From: Calditrichota bacterium
GTDB taxonomy: Bacteria > Zhuqueibacterota > JdFR-76 > BMS3Abin05
Direction: 5' to 3'
DNA: 64,000 nt
Assembly: GCA_013151735.1 (NCBI GenBank)
Contig: JAADHR010000179.1
Location: forward strand, 12,656 to 76,655
This document shows positions 19,501 to 28,448 of the stretch, in pieces (the first letter of the stretch is position 1; each line of letters begins with the position of its first letter). The notes beneath the pieces were generated by a model. That model was not told the origin of the DNA. It was given only the letters and a program-made list of their open reading frames with translations, and ran no database searches. The position numbers and the translations under genes were made by a program.

Positions 19501-20712
19501 ATGGCGCTTCAGCCGGATCCCACGGAAATAGCCCGGATTCAGGGCAAAATTCTGGATGATTTTCACAAACCTATGGTGGGTGTTCCAATTTCACTCTCCG
19601 GTGGGAAGGTGGATATCATTTACACGGAAACGGATGGAACGTACGATATCAAGAAACTGCAAACCGGTTTGGATTACACCCTGCGTCCCAAACTGCCGGG
19701 CTTTTTCTTCGTTCCGTCCAAAAGACGCTTTGCTCCTCTGATCGCCAACAAAACCGGCCAGGATTTTGCCGGAGCTCTGTACGGAGATGTGAGCGGCAAC
19801 AAAGAGGTCAGTTCATTTGACGGGTCGCTTATCCTTAGAATCAGCGCTCAGCAAAATGTGGCCCCGTATTATCGAAATCAGCCGAGGGATTCCATCGCGG
19901 CCGACGTCAGCGGTAACGGACAGGTGAGTTCCTTCGATGCATCGCTTATTTTTCGCTATTCGGTCAATCTGATTGATCGCTTTCCTGTGGAACCGTCCCG
20001 ACTGGGAAAAGGGCTCGAAAATTATTCTGATCCGGAGGTTCACGTGTTTACATTTGCGGTGAAACATCTGGATGAAACCCGTTGGGCTGTTGATATTCAA
20101 GCGGATAATCTGAATCATATTTACGCCACGCAATGGAAAATTGAGGTCGATCGGCAGTGGGTAAATGTACAGAATTGTGTCTTGTTCCGCTCCTCGGAAG
20201 GCCATGCTCTGGCCTGGTCGGAGAAAAATGGTGTGCTTACCATTGCAACGGCGGGCCCTGAAGCGCTGGAGGGCTCCGGAAAACTGCTTCGCATTTTGAT
20301 TGAGGTGAAGGGGGATCCGTCCATTTCCCCCGAAACCTTTTTGGAGGTGAGGCAGGTGCAGGTGAATGAGGGGCTGGTTGTGTCAGAATTTCAGCCGCCT
20401 GAACGGACCCGGCTTCCAACGCAATTTCGTTTGTATGATAATTATCCCAATCCCTTCAACGGTGAAACCCTGATTCGGTTTGCGGTTCCGTCAGAAGACC
20501 ATGTACAAGGGGTTTCAGTCGATTTGTCCGTTTACAATGTGCTGGGACAAAAGGTGCGGCAGCTTGTGCAAAAAAAACTGGCACCCGGCTATTATCAGTT
20601 CAAATGGAACGGAACGGACGAATCGGGCAATCAGGTTCCGGGCGGGGTCTATTTTTATCGATTAAAGGCCAAAAATCGGGTTTATGTGAAAAAGCTTTTA
20701 CTTTTGAAATAG
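16507..20712 (+). CDS. Large secreted protein: Ig/FN3-like domains, about 9 carboxypeptidase-regulatory-like repeats, dockerin, cohesin-like domain, FlgD/T9SS-type CTD
   Basis: Repeats I.G.V.D...P..GA.V...G.Y.L.L.PG.Y.I.A.K.GY; duplicated GDVSGNKEVSSFD/ADVSGNGQVSSFD; NYPNPFN...GVYFYRL...KKLLLLK. Confidence 0.85.
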   Translation: MQKKAVLIWIGLIVLMLPHQAAAQQITLTSVPYQLISESESVTVTWAEPIQATLHYGTTHGVYNASISKSGTRSLTFTPQNEGIHPGVYYGIITNGSLRSAEFPFIVEASVSPIMREPTNNGTVRTATPEFQWDEVSGVPFYHLILSDHEAIITRDPDTGELQLTGANIIWQVITSETHITYGDPDPSGYFTDFNGTTPPLLNGNHYTWIVLNNYGNNPAFTSLVQSGVSAFYVNLSTTAAKPILISPADGVSLNSKTITFQWQPASGAVNYQISLFEYIYEEGSSSSFLIWSTTTSNTSIDFPARTVLKGTKYAWRVLAMDNSGNGTPSDTRQFSYTVPVSALSIRTLQMDGTNLPRTNVTLTAIDGSSDNVSFITSDNGNFTATVRPGSYAITGSKEGFLDTTKTVEVEAGDTLSVALRLRKASHRVKGVTRNQADQLLPSVSLRAEENLSGRLLETSSDANGNFVLSLSSGVWDIWGQKENYSNSDTVRVVLSSQEEVTLAQPLVLKEFDSFITGTVVDVNKQPVITARVQAQKDARVVSQFTANNGSFRLQVSSGKWTVTVTKGGYVSPAPRIVQVTPGATINLTPDLELTSNAGVLTGFVFSGQNSVNGAEVKAIPPSGQPVSFLTDPKGAYALNLAPGNYTVTVSKQGYAPPDPLQVSLHSGETLSNLNFNLRVNPVFISGKAASGGKPLEGVIIQTDGANDTTLSDGSYRLWVQPGTYRITASKTGYAATGIQTVTIALGENKTGVNFTLVPNVGTIKGRVQQGNLPIVGAAVLAYSGTDTFRTLPGNVGQYTLSVKPGTWTIRAEKEGFVPAQLNTPVQSGQTVTGVDFNLTLNLGTISGKITDNHGRAVENAWVDVIGENLQSVSDLNGNYTIQLEPGPYQLKAWKPGFSSQTTSVTAVLNSTITKNFSLTTMGTLTGKITDSSTGLPINKAAVWVILGADTTQTETDYTGEYTFFLNSGTYTLVADQLGYHRKQLSVSLAAGAVKIQNMALQPDPTEIARIQGKILDDFHKPMVGVPISLSGGKVDIIYTETDGTYDIKKLQTGLDYTLRPKLPGFFFVPSKRRFAPLIANKTGQDFAGALYGDVSGNKEVSSFDGSLILRISAQQNVAPYYRNQPRDSIAADVSGNGQVSSFDASLIFRYSVNLIDRFPVEPSRLGKGLENYSDPEVHVFTFAVKHLDETRWAVDIQADNLNHIYATQWKIEVDRQWVNVQNCVLFRSSEGHALAWSEKNGVLTIATAGPEALEGSGKLLRILIEVKGDPSISPETFLEVRQVQVNEGLVVSEFQPPERTRLPTQFRLYDNYPNPFNGETLIRFAVPSEDHVQGVSVDLSVYNVLGQKVRQLVQKKLAPGYYQFKWNGTDESGNQVPGGVYFYRLKAKNRVYVKKLLLLK

Positions 20713-20721
20713 GTTGTGTCT

Positions 20722-23700
20722 ATGAAACGTTTATGCGTGTTTTTTTGGGGAGCACTACTTTTTGCCACGACGGCCTATGCTCAAACCGTTACGGTCTCGG
20801 TGCCGGATATTCAGCAGTCGGAAGGAAAAACATTCCGGTTGCCGGTGAAGGTGTCTGACCTTTCCGGGTTAAATATTTACTCATTCGATTTAACGCTGGT
20901 TTATGATCCCGGTGTTTTAACGGCTCTGGATGCCCGAACGTCGGGTTCCCTTTCGGCCTCCTGGGGGCCGGCCACAAAAAACATCACCAGCGGGCAAATT
21001 CAGGTGGGTATTGGGGGAACGAATGCCTTGTCGGGTGCCGGGGATTTGATTTACCTTATTTTTAAGGTCAATAATGGGGTGTCTGTCGGCAAAACGTCCA
21101 TATTGACATTTACAAACTTTAAATTCAATGAGGGGTCTCCATCTGTCCAATTAAACAATGGAACATTTACGGTTATTTTGGATACCGAGCCCCCAAAGAT
21201 CACATCGGGCCCGCAGGCAGTCAATCTTACAGCGCATTCGGCCGACATTCACTGGCGAACGGATGAACCCGCCGACAGCAAGGTGGAATACGGACTCACC
21301 TCTTCGTACGGAGACGTGTTGGAAAATTCCTCCTTGGTTACGTCCCATTCGGTAACGCTTCATCCACTCAAACCTTCGACTACCTACCATTACCGGGTTG
21401 CATCCAAAGACAAATTGGGGAACGGCCCAACGGTTTCTTCGGATCAAACCTTTACAACGGCCGCTATTATTGCCCGTTTGCCTTCGCTTTCCCTGGATCC
21501 GGGGGCGGACATTATTTTCCCTCTGACCGTGACGGATGTTTCGGAGCAGGGGATTACGTCTGCAGAAATCGTCGTCACCTACGACGCCGGACTTTTATCT
21601 CCGACAGGCGTCAGTTCGGACGGCACCCTTATTTCCGCATGGAATTCTCCGGCATTTCAGGTGGAATCCGGAAAAATCACCATTACCCTTTCCGGTACGA
21701 CACCTTTGAGCGGGTCGGGGATTTTGGTCAACATACAGTTTCACATTTCAGACGCGGCGAAAATCGGGCAAACCACGCCCCTTACATTTCAGAAATTTAT
21801 GTTGAAAAACAGCGGGGGCGAAACCATACCTGCCACCACCCAGAACGGGCGGTTTACCGTAGAGGATACGCGTCCTCCGGAAATTGTGTCGGGTCCGCAG
21901 GTGGAATCCATCACTGCCAAAAGTGCCGTAGTCACCTGGCAGACCAATGAAAAAAGTACCAGTATTGTGCGATATGGGCGCGATACATCGTATGGATGGC
22001 AGAAAAAGAATCAGACGCGTACCCTTCAGCATTCCGTTCTGTTGTCCAATCTTTCACCGTCTACGACGTACCATTTTCAGGTGGGCTCAGTGGATTCCAG
22101 CGGGAACGGTCCCACATTCAGCCAGGATGCCACTTTCAGCACGGAAGCCGGAACCGGAATTATTTTAACGGCGGAAAATGTCACGGGACAGGCGGGAAAT
22201 GATGTCACCGTGCCGCTCCGGGTGACGGATGTAAGCCAGCAGGGCGTCAGACGCTACACCGTTGTACTGACCTACGATTCGGAGCTGATCACGGCGGTTT
22301 CGGCTCAAACGTCCGGTACTTTAACGTCCGGTTGGGGCGCTCCGGTTTTTCAAAAAGTGGATGGACAGGTGGTTATCCAGGGACAATCCGGTACGCCCCT
22401 TGCCGGAGCGGGAGTACTGGTGAAGGTGATTTTTCACGTCAAATCGGACGTAACCGACGGCGTAACCACTCCTATTTCCTTTGTCTTTGCCCAATTCAAT
22501 ACGGGGATGCCTGAATTGACCACCGCGAACGGGTTGCTTACCCTTCGCGGAACCCCCGACAGCCAGGCACCGCAGATCACGTTTGGACCCTTTGCACAAA
22601 ATATCTCGGCAACCGGGGCACAAATCGTTTGGGTTACGGACGAGCCTTCTTCCGGGATTGTGGAATTCGGAACGGGGACCTCCTACGGACAAACGGCGGG
22701 GGGGGCAGCTGTTTTTGAACGGATTCACCGGATCACCCTGTCGGGGCTGCTTCCGGGCACCCGCTACCATTTTCGGGTCAAATCATCGGATCGCTGGGGA
22801 AACGGACCCACTGTCAGCCCGGATGCTTCTTTCCAGACCACCAATGGAGGGGAAGTACAGGTCTCTCTTCCCAACCGGACCATTCGTGCCGGAACACAAT
22901 TCGACTGGCCCATTCAAATCGGGGACGTTTCCGGAAAGTCCGTTTATTCGGCCGACATCACGGTGACTTTTGATCCCGACGTGCTCACGGCCATTTCGGC
23001 CTCTACGTCGGGGACACGGGCCAGCAGTTGGGGGCCTCCCACCACAACCGTGAAAAGGGGCAAAATAATTATTGCGATGGGAGGAATTAGTGCCCTTAGC
23101 GGCAGTGGCAGCCTGGTCAAAATCCGCTTTCAGGTATCCGGATCCGCAAAGGAAGGAACCCAGGCACCGGTTGTTTTTCAGCGGTTCGTTTTTAATGAAG
23201 GAACACCGGCTTCTGTTTACAGGGGGGGACTGTTTACGGTCAAGGATGTGACGGCACCGAAAATTACAGCGGGACCCTCCGTGGTGGCAAAAACGGCGTC
23301 TACGGCCACTATTTTGTGGGCAACGAATGAAGCGTCTACCGGGAGGATTGACTACGGTGAGACCGCTTCTTACGGCCAGATGGAAGAAAGCGGCATTCTC
23401 GAAAAAAGTCACCTGGCGGTCATAACCGGATTGTATTCGGGGACAACCTACCATTTTCGTGTCTCATCAACGGATGCCAGTGGAAACGGGCCCACACAAA
23501 GCGCCGACCAGACCTTTCAAACGGTGGTTGAACAGCCCATGATTTTCCGGCTGCCTTCCGTGGCCTACGATGTGGGACACACATTTGATTTACCCGTTCG
23601 ATTGGACAGCCTTGGAAATGGCAGTCTGTATTCCTTCAAAATGACCCTGAAGTTTGATTCCCGTTATCTCGAGGCAACAGGGGTGAAAACTGCAGGAAGT

Positions 23701-26700
23701 TTGACCGAGTTCTGGGAAGCGCCCGTGGTGAGTGTCGGCCCGGATTCGGTTTCCATTGAAATGCGTTCCAACAATCCGATCCACGAAAACGGCGTTCTTT
23801 TTAAGGTACAATTTCGGGTTAAAACCGGTGGAGCTTACAATTACCCGACTCCTCTGACTTTGCAGAATGTTTCTGCAAATGGCCTTTCTTCGGGCTTCGT
23901 TATTCGGGAGGGCCGCTTTACGCTTCGCGATCTGACGCCTCCGGAAATCTTGACGGGTCCCAATTCCACCGAGGTTCGGGCTCATTCGGTTCACATTGTC
24001 TGGACAACAAACGAGCCGTCCAACAGTAAAGTGGATTACGGAGTGACTTCCACGTATGACAAGGCTGTTGAAAGCGAGGACCTGGTAACCTACCACGATC
24101 TGGCGGTTGCCGGACTCAATCCAAACACGACGTATCATTTTCGTGTCAGTTCAACCGATTCTGTGGGCAATGGGCCGGTTCAAAGCACCGATCAAACCTT
24201 TACCACGACGTCTGGAAATGAGGTGGTGGTTTCCATTCCCGACACCCTGGCCCCTGTGGGGCAGACCATCTGGTACCCGGTTTCTGTTGAAGATGTCACC
24301 GGAAAGAACATCACCCGCTACCATTTCATCCTAAAATACGATTCTTCGGCGGTTCGCGCGCTTCAGGTGAGAAAAACCGGAACGCTTTCAGCATCCTGGG
24401 GTACGCCCACCGTTGGGATAACCGACACATCTATTACAGTGGATCACACCGGAAATGCCCCTCTTTCGGGCAGCGGAGATTTGATTCAGATTCAATTTAA
24501 GATTAAGGCCACGGCCGGAGTGGGCCGGGATGTGGGACTGATTTTTCAAGAGTTTACCTTTAATACCGGAGATCCGCCGGCTTCCCCCAACAGCGCACGA
24601 TGGCTTTTGGTTGACCGCACCCCGCCTGAGTTTGTGGGAACGCCAAAGGTCACAGATGTGGGGTTTAATTATGCGACCCTATTCTGGAAAACCAATGAAT
24701 TAACGACAGGCAAAATTGATTACGGCACAACACCCAGTTACGGAAAACAACTCAAAGAAACGAAAATAGACACCGTTCACCGGATCACGATAGAGAATTT
24801 GACCGCTCTTACAACCTATCATTTCAGGGTGTCTGTCACGGATACGGCAGGGAACGGGCCGGTTTTGAGCAAGGATCTAAGCTTCACCACATTGTCCGAC
24901 ACGGTTTTTGTTACCGTCCCCGACACAACGGTCCCCATGGGCAGTACGTTTGAATTGCCGCTGGTCGTAACCAATCTGACGGGATTTGGAATCACCCGTT
25001 TTGCCATTGAGATTGCCTACAATCCCGATCAGATTACGGCGTTGGGGGCGTCTTCCAGGGGGACACTTGCTCAGGATTGGGGTGTGCCTGCTTTTTCCGC
25101 TTCCGATCATGTGCTTCACGTGGAAATGTCCGGGACAGAGCCGCTCAAAGGAACCGGTGTTTTAATCCGGCTGAAATTCCAATTATTGGGTGGTGTGGTG
25201 CCCGGCACGGATCTGGAAATTCCGTTTCAATCGTTTCAGTTTAATAACGGAACGCCGGTTGTAAAGACCACACCGGCAAAAATCCACGCCATTGCGGGGG
25301 GGAGCGGAATTGAGGTTTCCCTGCCGGATACCAGTTTTTTACCCGGCAAAAGCGTGCGGATCCCGGTCAGGGTAGGAGATCTAACTCAGAAAGGAATATT
25401 CTCATTTAACGGGAAATTGGTTTTTTCTCATTCGGTTCTCAAAATAAGCGGCGCCACCACCCAAAAGTCCCTGCTGGAAGCCTGGAAGACAATTGATGCG
25501 TCTGTTTACCCGGACAGCGTCATTTTTTCGGCGCAGGGGACAAAGGCTCTTTCGGACTCCGGTGTCTTATTTTATTTTGAGGGGACAACCAATTCTCAGG
25601 CCAATGAAGGCGATACGAGTTCCCTCATTTTGGAGCGGTTTACCTTTAATCGCGGAAACCCTGTGGCTCAGGTGAAAAACGGGAGAGTGCGAATTGTTAT
25701 CCGTCACGATGCCATTTCGGGCCTTGTTTTTGAGTCGGACAGCGTAACGGTTTTACCGGGCGCGACAATTTCTGCCCGGGAAACGGGAACCCAAACCGTA
25801 AAAACGGCCCGGTCGGACACAACGGGATTTTTTCAGATTCGCGGTCTGGATTCAACCCGAACCTATGACGTGTTTGCTTCCAAAGCGGGTTACACCCCCT
25901 CGGACATTTTGAGGAAAATCAAGCCCGGGGCCCGAAATCTGAAATTGTACCTTGAAAAACAAAACGGGTTTATTGACGGCTGGGTTAAGGCGAATACGGG
26001 TGAACCGGTGGTGGGGGCTCTTGTCGTGGCAGACGACGGACACACGCACTTCGGTTCGGGGAATACGGACTCTACCGGCCACTTTGCCATCAACAATCTG
26101 GCAAAACGGTACGCGTACACAGTGAAGATTACAAAATATGGTTTTCACGATAAAATTATTTCCAATGTTGCCGTCAATCAAACGGTTTCCGTTACACTGG
26201 ATTGGTTTTACGGCCGGGTTTTGGGAATGGTTAGAGACACGACCCGGGCACCCATGGATAGTGTGTGGGTACAGGCATTGAATCTGAAAAAGGGAACGCG
26301 AGTGGACAGCTTCTTAACCGGAAAAGACGGCCGCTACCAACTGGACAGCCTGAAAGCCGACCAATATTTGGTTTACGCTCTTCGTAACGGATTTGTCAGT
26401 ACGCCCAACCAGGTCACGGTTAACCTGGCACCCGGAGATACCGTAACGGAAGATTTTATCCTGGAAAAGGCTGTTTTGGCCTCGATTGAAATCTCGGGCG
26501 ACCGGGAGATTCCCAATAATGTTCCTTCCCGTTTCGATTTTGTGGCCAAGACGGCCGGCGGAAAGGTCATGGGCCTGCAATCGCCCGTCTGGAAACTCTG
26601 GCCGGAGGCCGCGGGGGTTGTCAGTCAGGGGGTGGTGTACCCGGATTCTCAGTATTTTGGGGAGGCTTTTCTGTCCGTAATGGACCCGTTTACCGGAATT

Positions 26701-27447
26701 GCAGATACACTGGCCATTTCTCTGTATGCTCCGGTGAGCCCTTCTTCGCAGCTCACCGTTAAAAATGCAGACGGCGTAACCCTGGCCATTGCGGCGGGAT
26801 CCGTAGACCAGCCTCAAAAAATAAAAATTCAAGCCATCTCGCTTCCATCCGTAAAGAAGAGTACAAAGCGGTACGCGGCTTTGGGGAAAGGTTATCTGCT
26901 GAAACCGGGAGGCTTTCATTTTCTAAAGCCCCTCCAATTAACTCTGCCGGTTCCGGAGGGATTTGTTCCGAAGCGCACGCGCATCGGCAAATGGAATCAG
27001 GAATTGGCCCGATGGGACATTCTGGAAACCCGGGTAACCGGAGAGCGTGCGATTACGGCCGATGTGGAATCCTTTTCGCTTCTGGCCGTTCTTAACCCGG
27101 CACGTGATCTCGGAATGGAATCGCTCAAATTGATCCCGAATCCCTTTTCGCCTGTGGTGGATTCGGATGGGGATGGCAGTCCCGGCCTGACCATTCAGTT
27201 TTTAATTACCTCACGGGACACGCGGCGTCCCTTTGTGACCATTGAGATTTACAGCATGGTCGGCCAGAAGGTGCGAACCCTGTTGGATGACCAGCCGGAA
27301 AATAAGGACCAGTATTTGCGCTTTCACTGGGATGGGCTGACCGATGATGGCCGAATGGCCCGAAACGGGCGCTATCTGATAAAAATTGACGTATCGGATG
27401 CAACCGGTACAAAAACAACCCTTAAAACCGTGGTTCTGGTGAAATAA
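20722..27447 (+). CDS. Scaffoldin-like secreted protein: 8 cohesin-like and 6 FN3/PAP-N-like domains, 3 carboxypeptidase-regulatory repeats, FlgD/T9SS-type CTD
   Basis: Cohesin pattern V.VS.PD...G....PV.V.D.....I.S....L.YD...L...W...G.G.L....F.....F.FN.G; FN3 pattern D..PP.I..GP...W.T.E.....V.YG...H...L..L...TTYHFRV.S.D..GNGP; CTD PNPFSP...WDG..DDG. Confidence 0.85.
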   Translation: MKRLCVFFWGALLFATTAYAQTVTVSVPDIQQSEGKTFRLPVKVSDLSGLNIYSFDLTLVYDPGVLTALDARTSGSLSASWGPATKNITSGQIQVGIGGTNALSGAGDLIYLIFKVNNGVSVGKTSILTFTNFKFNEGSPSVQLNNGTFTVILDTEPPKITSGPQAVNLTAHSADIHWRTDEPADSKVEYGLTSSYGDVLENSSLVTSHSVTLHPLKPSTTYHYRVASKDKLGNGPTVSSDQTFTTAAIIARLPSLSLDPGADIIFPLTVTDVSEQGITSAEIVVTYDAGLLSPTGVSSDGTLISAWNSPAFQVESGKITITLSGTTPLSGSGILVNIQFHISDAAKIGQTTPLTFQKFMLKNSGGETIPATTQNGRFTVEDTRPPEIVSGPQVESITAKSAVVTWQTNEKSTSIVRYGRDTSYGWQKKNQTRTLQHSVLLSNLSPSTTYHFQVGSVDSSGNGPTFSQDATFSTEAGTGIILTAENVTGQAGNDVTVPLRVTDVSQQGVRRYTVVLTYDSELITAVSAQTSGTLTSGWGAPVFQKVDGQVVIQGQSGTPLAGAGVLVKVIFHVKSDVTDGVTTPISFVFAQFNTGMPELTTANGLLTLRGTPDSQAPQITFGPFAQNISATGAQIVWVTDEPSSGIVEFGTGTSYGQTAGGAAVFERIHRITLSGLLPGTRYHFRVKSSDRWGNGPTVSPDASFQTTNGGEVQVSLPNRTIRAGTQFDWPIQIGDVSGKSVYSADITVTFDPDVLTAISASTSGTRASSWGPPTTTVKRGKIIIAMGGISALSGSGSLVKIRFQVSGSAKEGTQAPVVFQRFVFNEGTPASVYRGGLFTVKDVTAPKITAGPSVVAKTASTATILWATNEASTGRIDYGETASYGQMEESGILEKSHLAVITGLYSGTTYHFRVSSTDASGNGPTQSADQTFQTVVEQPMIFRLPSVAYDVGHTFDLPVRLDSLGNGSLYSFKMTLKFDSRYLEATGVKTAGSLTEFWEAPVVSVGPDSVSIEMRSNNPIHENGVLFKVQFRVKTGGAYNYPTPLTLQNVSANGLSSGFVIREGRFTLRDLTPPEILTGPNSTEVRAHSVHIVWTTNEPSNSKVDYGVTSTYDKAVESEDLVTYHDLAVAGLNPNTTYHFRVSSTDSVGNGPVQSTDQTFTTTSGNEVVVSIPDTLAPVGQTIWYPVSVEDVTGKNITRYHFILKYDSSAVRALQVRKTGTLSASWGTPTVGITDTSITVDHTGNAPLSGSGDLIQIQFKIKATAGVGRDVGLIFQEFTFNTGDPPASPNSARWLLVDRTPPEFVGTPKVTDVGFNYATLFWKTNELTTGKIDYGTTPSYGKQLKETKIDTVHRITIENLTALTTYHFRVSVTDTAGNGPVLSKDLSFTTLSDTVFVTVPDTTVPMGSTFELPLVVTNLTGFGITRFAIEIAYNPDQITALGASSRGTLAQDWGVPAFSASDHVLHVEMSGTEPLKGTGVLIRLKFQLLGGVVPGTDLEIPFQSFQFNNGTPVVKTTPAKIHAIAGGSGIEVSLPDTSFLPGKSVRIPVRVGDLTQKGIFSFNGKLVFSHSVLKISGATTQKSLLEAWKTIDASVYPDSVIFSAQGTKALSDSGVLFYFEGTTNSQANEGDTSSLILERFTFNRGNPVAQVKNGRVRIVIRHDAISGLVFESDSVTVLPGATISARETGTQTVKTARSDTTGFFQIRGLDSTRTYDVFASKAGYTPSDILRKIKPGARNLKLYLEKQNGFIDGWVKANTGEPVVGALVVADDGHTHFGSGNTDSTGHFAINNLAKRYAYTVKITKYGFHDKIISNVAVNQTVSVTLDWFYGRVLGMVRDTTRAPMDSVWVQALNLKKGTRVDSFLTGKDGRYQLDSLKADQYLVYALRNGFVSTPNQVTVNLAPGDTVTEDFILEKAVLASIEISGDREIPNNVPSRFDFVAKTAGGKVMGLQSPVWKLWPEAAGVVSQGVVYPDSQYFGEAFLSVMDPFTGIADTLAISLYAPVSPSSQLTVKNADGVTLAIAAGSVDQPQKIKIQAISLPSVKKSTKRYAALGKGYLLKPGGFHFLKPLQLTLPVPEGFVPKRTRIGKWNQELARWDILETRVTGERAITADVESFSLLAVLNPARDLGMESLKLIPNPFSPVVDSDGDGSPGLTIQFLITSRDTRRPFVTIEIYSMVGQKVRTLLDDQPENKDQYLRFHWDGLTDDGRMARNGRYLIKIDVSDATGTKTTLKTVVLVK

Positions 27448-27449
27448 AA

Positions 27450-28385
27450 ATGAAAAAACGAACGCTTGTAATTTTCGTGTGGCTGCTGCTGGGTGTGGGG
27501 GTGACGACCGTCCGGGCTCAGGACTTGGCCGGTATCCCTGCTGCTTTTGTGGACATCGGATTTGGGGCCCGGCCCTTGGGTATGTCCGGCGCGTATTCCG
27601 CCGCAAGTAACGGGGTGGAATCGCTTCTCTGGAATCCGGCCGGACTGGCGGGAGTCCCTTTTGTTCAGGGAACATTCAGCACCACCCGGCAGCTGGGACT
27701 TATCCCTTATCAAATGGCGGCGGCCGCCTTTCGCTTCGGGCTGAATTTTGTTCATTCCGAAGGAATCATCCTTTCGGGCGACGACGCCATGCGGGAATTT
27801 ACATTTCTGGTGGGGTTGAGCTACGAAAAACGGTGGGAAACCGGGTCTTGGGTCAGAGGCGGGGCGACGATCAGCTACCGCAATGCCAGCTTTGGGAAAA
27901 ATGCCGCTCAGAACGAGGGAGCAGTCACCGGAAGCGCATCGGGATTTTCCATGGATTGGGGCGTTCAGTACTCCCCGGCGAAACACTACGTTCTGGCGGC
28001 CGTCCTGAAAAATATGGTAAATTATCTGCAATGGAACAGCTCCACTCTCGGAAAATACAGCGAGGGTACACCCAGGCAATTGGTTTTTGGTCTCGCTGCA
28101 TTGGACATTTTGAAATTTAATTTTGATTTGGATTTCGAGAAAGCTCTCTACCAAGACGTTGCAGACCGCTTTTCTTTTGGGATGGAACGCCCGATTTACA
28201 AATACTTTTTTCTGAGAGGCGGCATTTCACGGGGATTGGTTCCCTCGGATTTCTTATCGACGGCCGTTGGCGGGGGACTTCGGTATCGGTTTCCTCAGGG
28301 GTTTATCCTGTATCTGGATGGAGCGTATATTTTTCAGGATTTAAACAACAATTTCCGGCTGTCGGTTTCTTTCGATCTGGAATGA
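27450..28385 (+). CDS. PorV/PorQ family outer-membrane barrel
   Basis: Signal peptide; DIGFGARPLGMSGAY...LLWNPAGL hallmark; terminal strand RLSVSFDL. Confidence 0.8.
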   Translation: MKKRTLVIFVWLLLGVGVTTVRAQDLAGIPAAFVDIGFGARPLGMSGAYSAASNGVESLLWNPAGLAGVPFVQGTFSTTRQLGLIPYQMAAAAFRFGLNFVHSEGIILSGDDAMREFTFLVGLSYEKRWETGSWVRGGATISYRNASFGKNAAQNEGAVTGSASGFSMDWGVQYSPAKHYVLAAVLKNMVNYLQWNSSTLGKYSEGTPRQLVFGLAALDILKFNFDLDFEKALYQDVADRFSFGMERPIYKYFFLRGGISRGLVPSDFLSTAVGGGLRYRFPQGFILYLDGAYIFQDLNNNFRLSVSFDLE

Positions 28386-28448
28386 GGCTTATTAAAGGAG
28401 TTTTTATTTGAATTCAGATTCGGGATTGTATTTCGCTTAAGAGAAATA

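Noticed and set aside
20785..24900. Periodic DNA similarity (for example ACCTACCATTTTCG...GGAAACGG.CC) as a possible CRISPR or DGR repeat
   Set aside because: It reflects in-frame FN3 domain repeats with synonymous divergence; there is no spacer structure, cas gene or reverse transcriptase.
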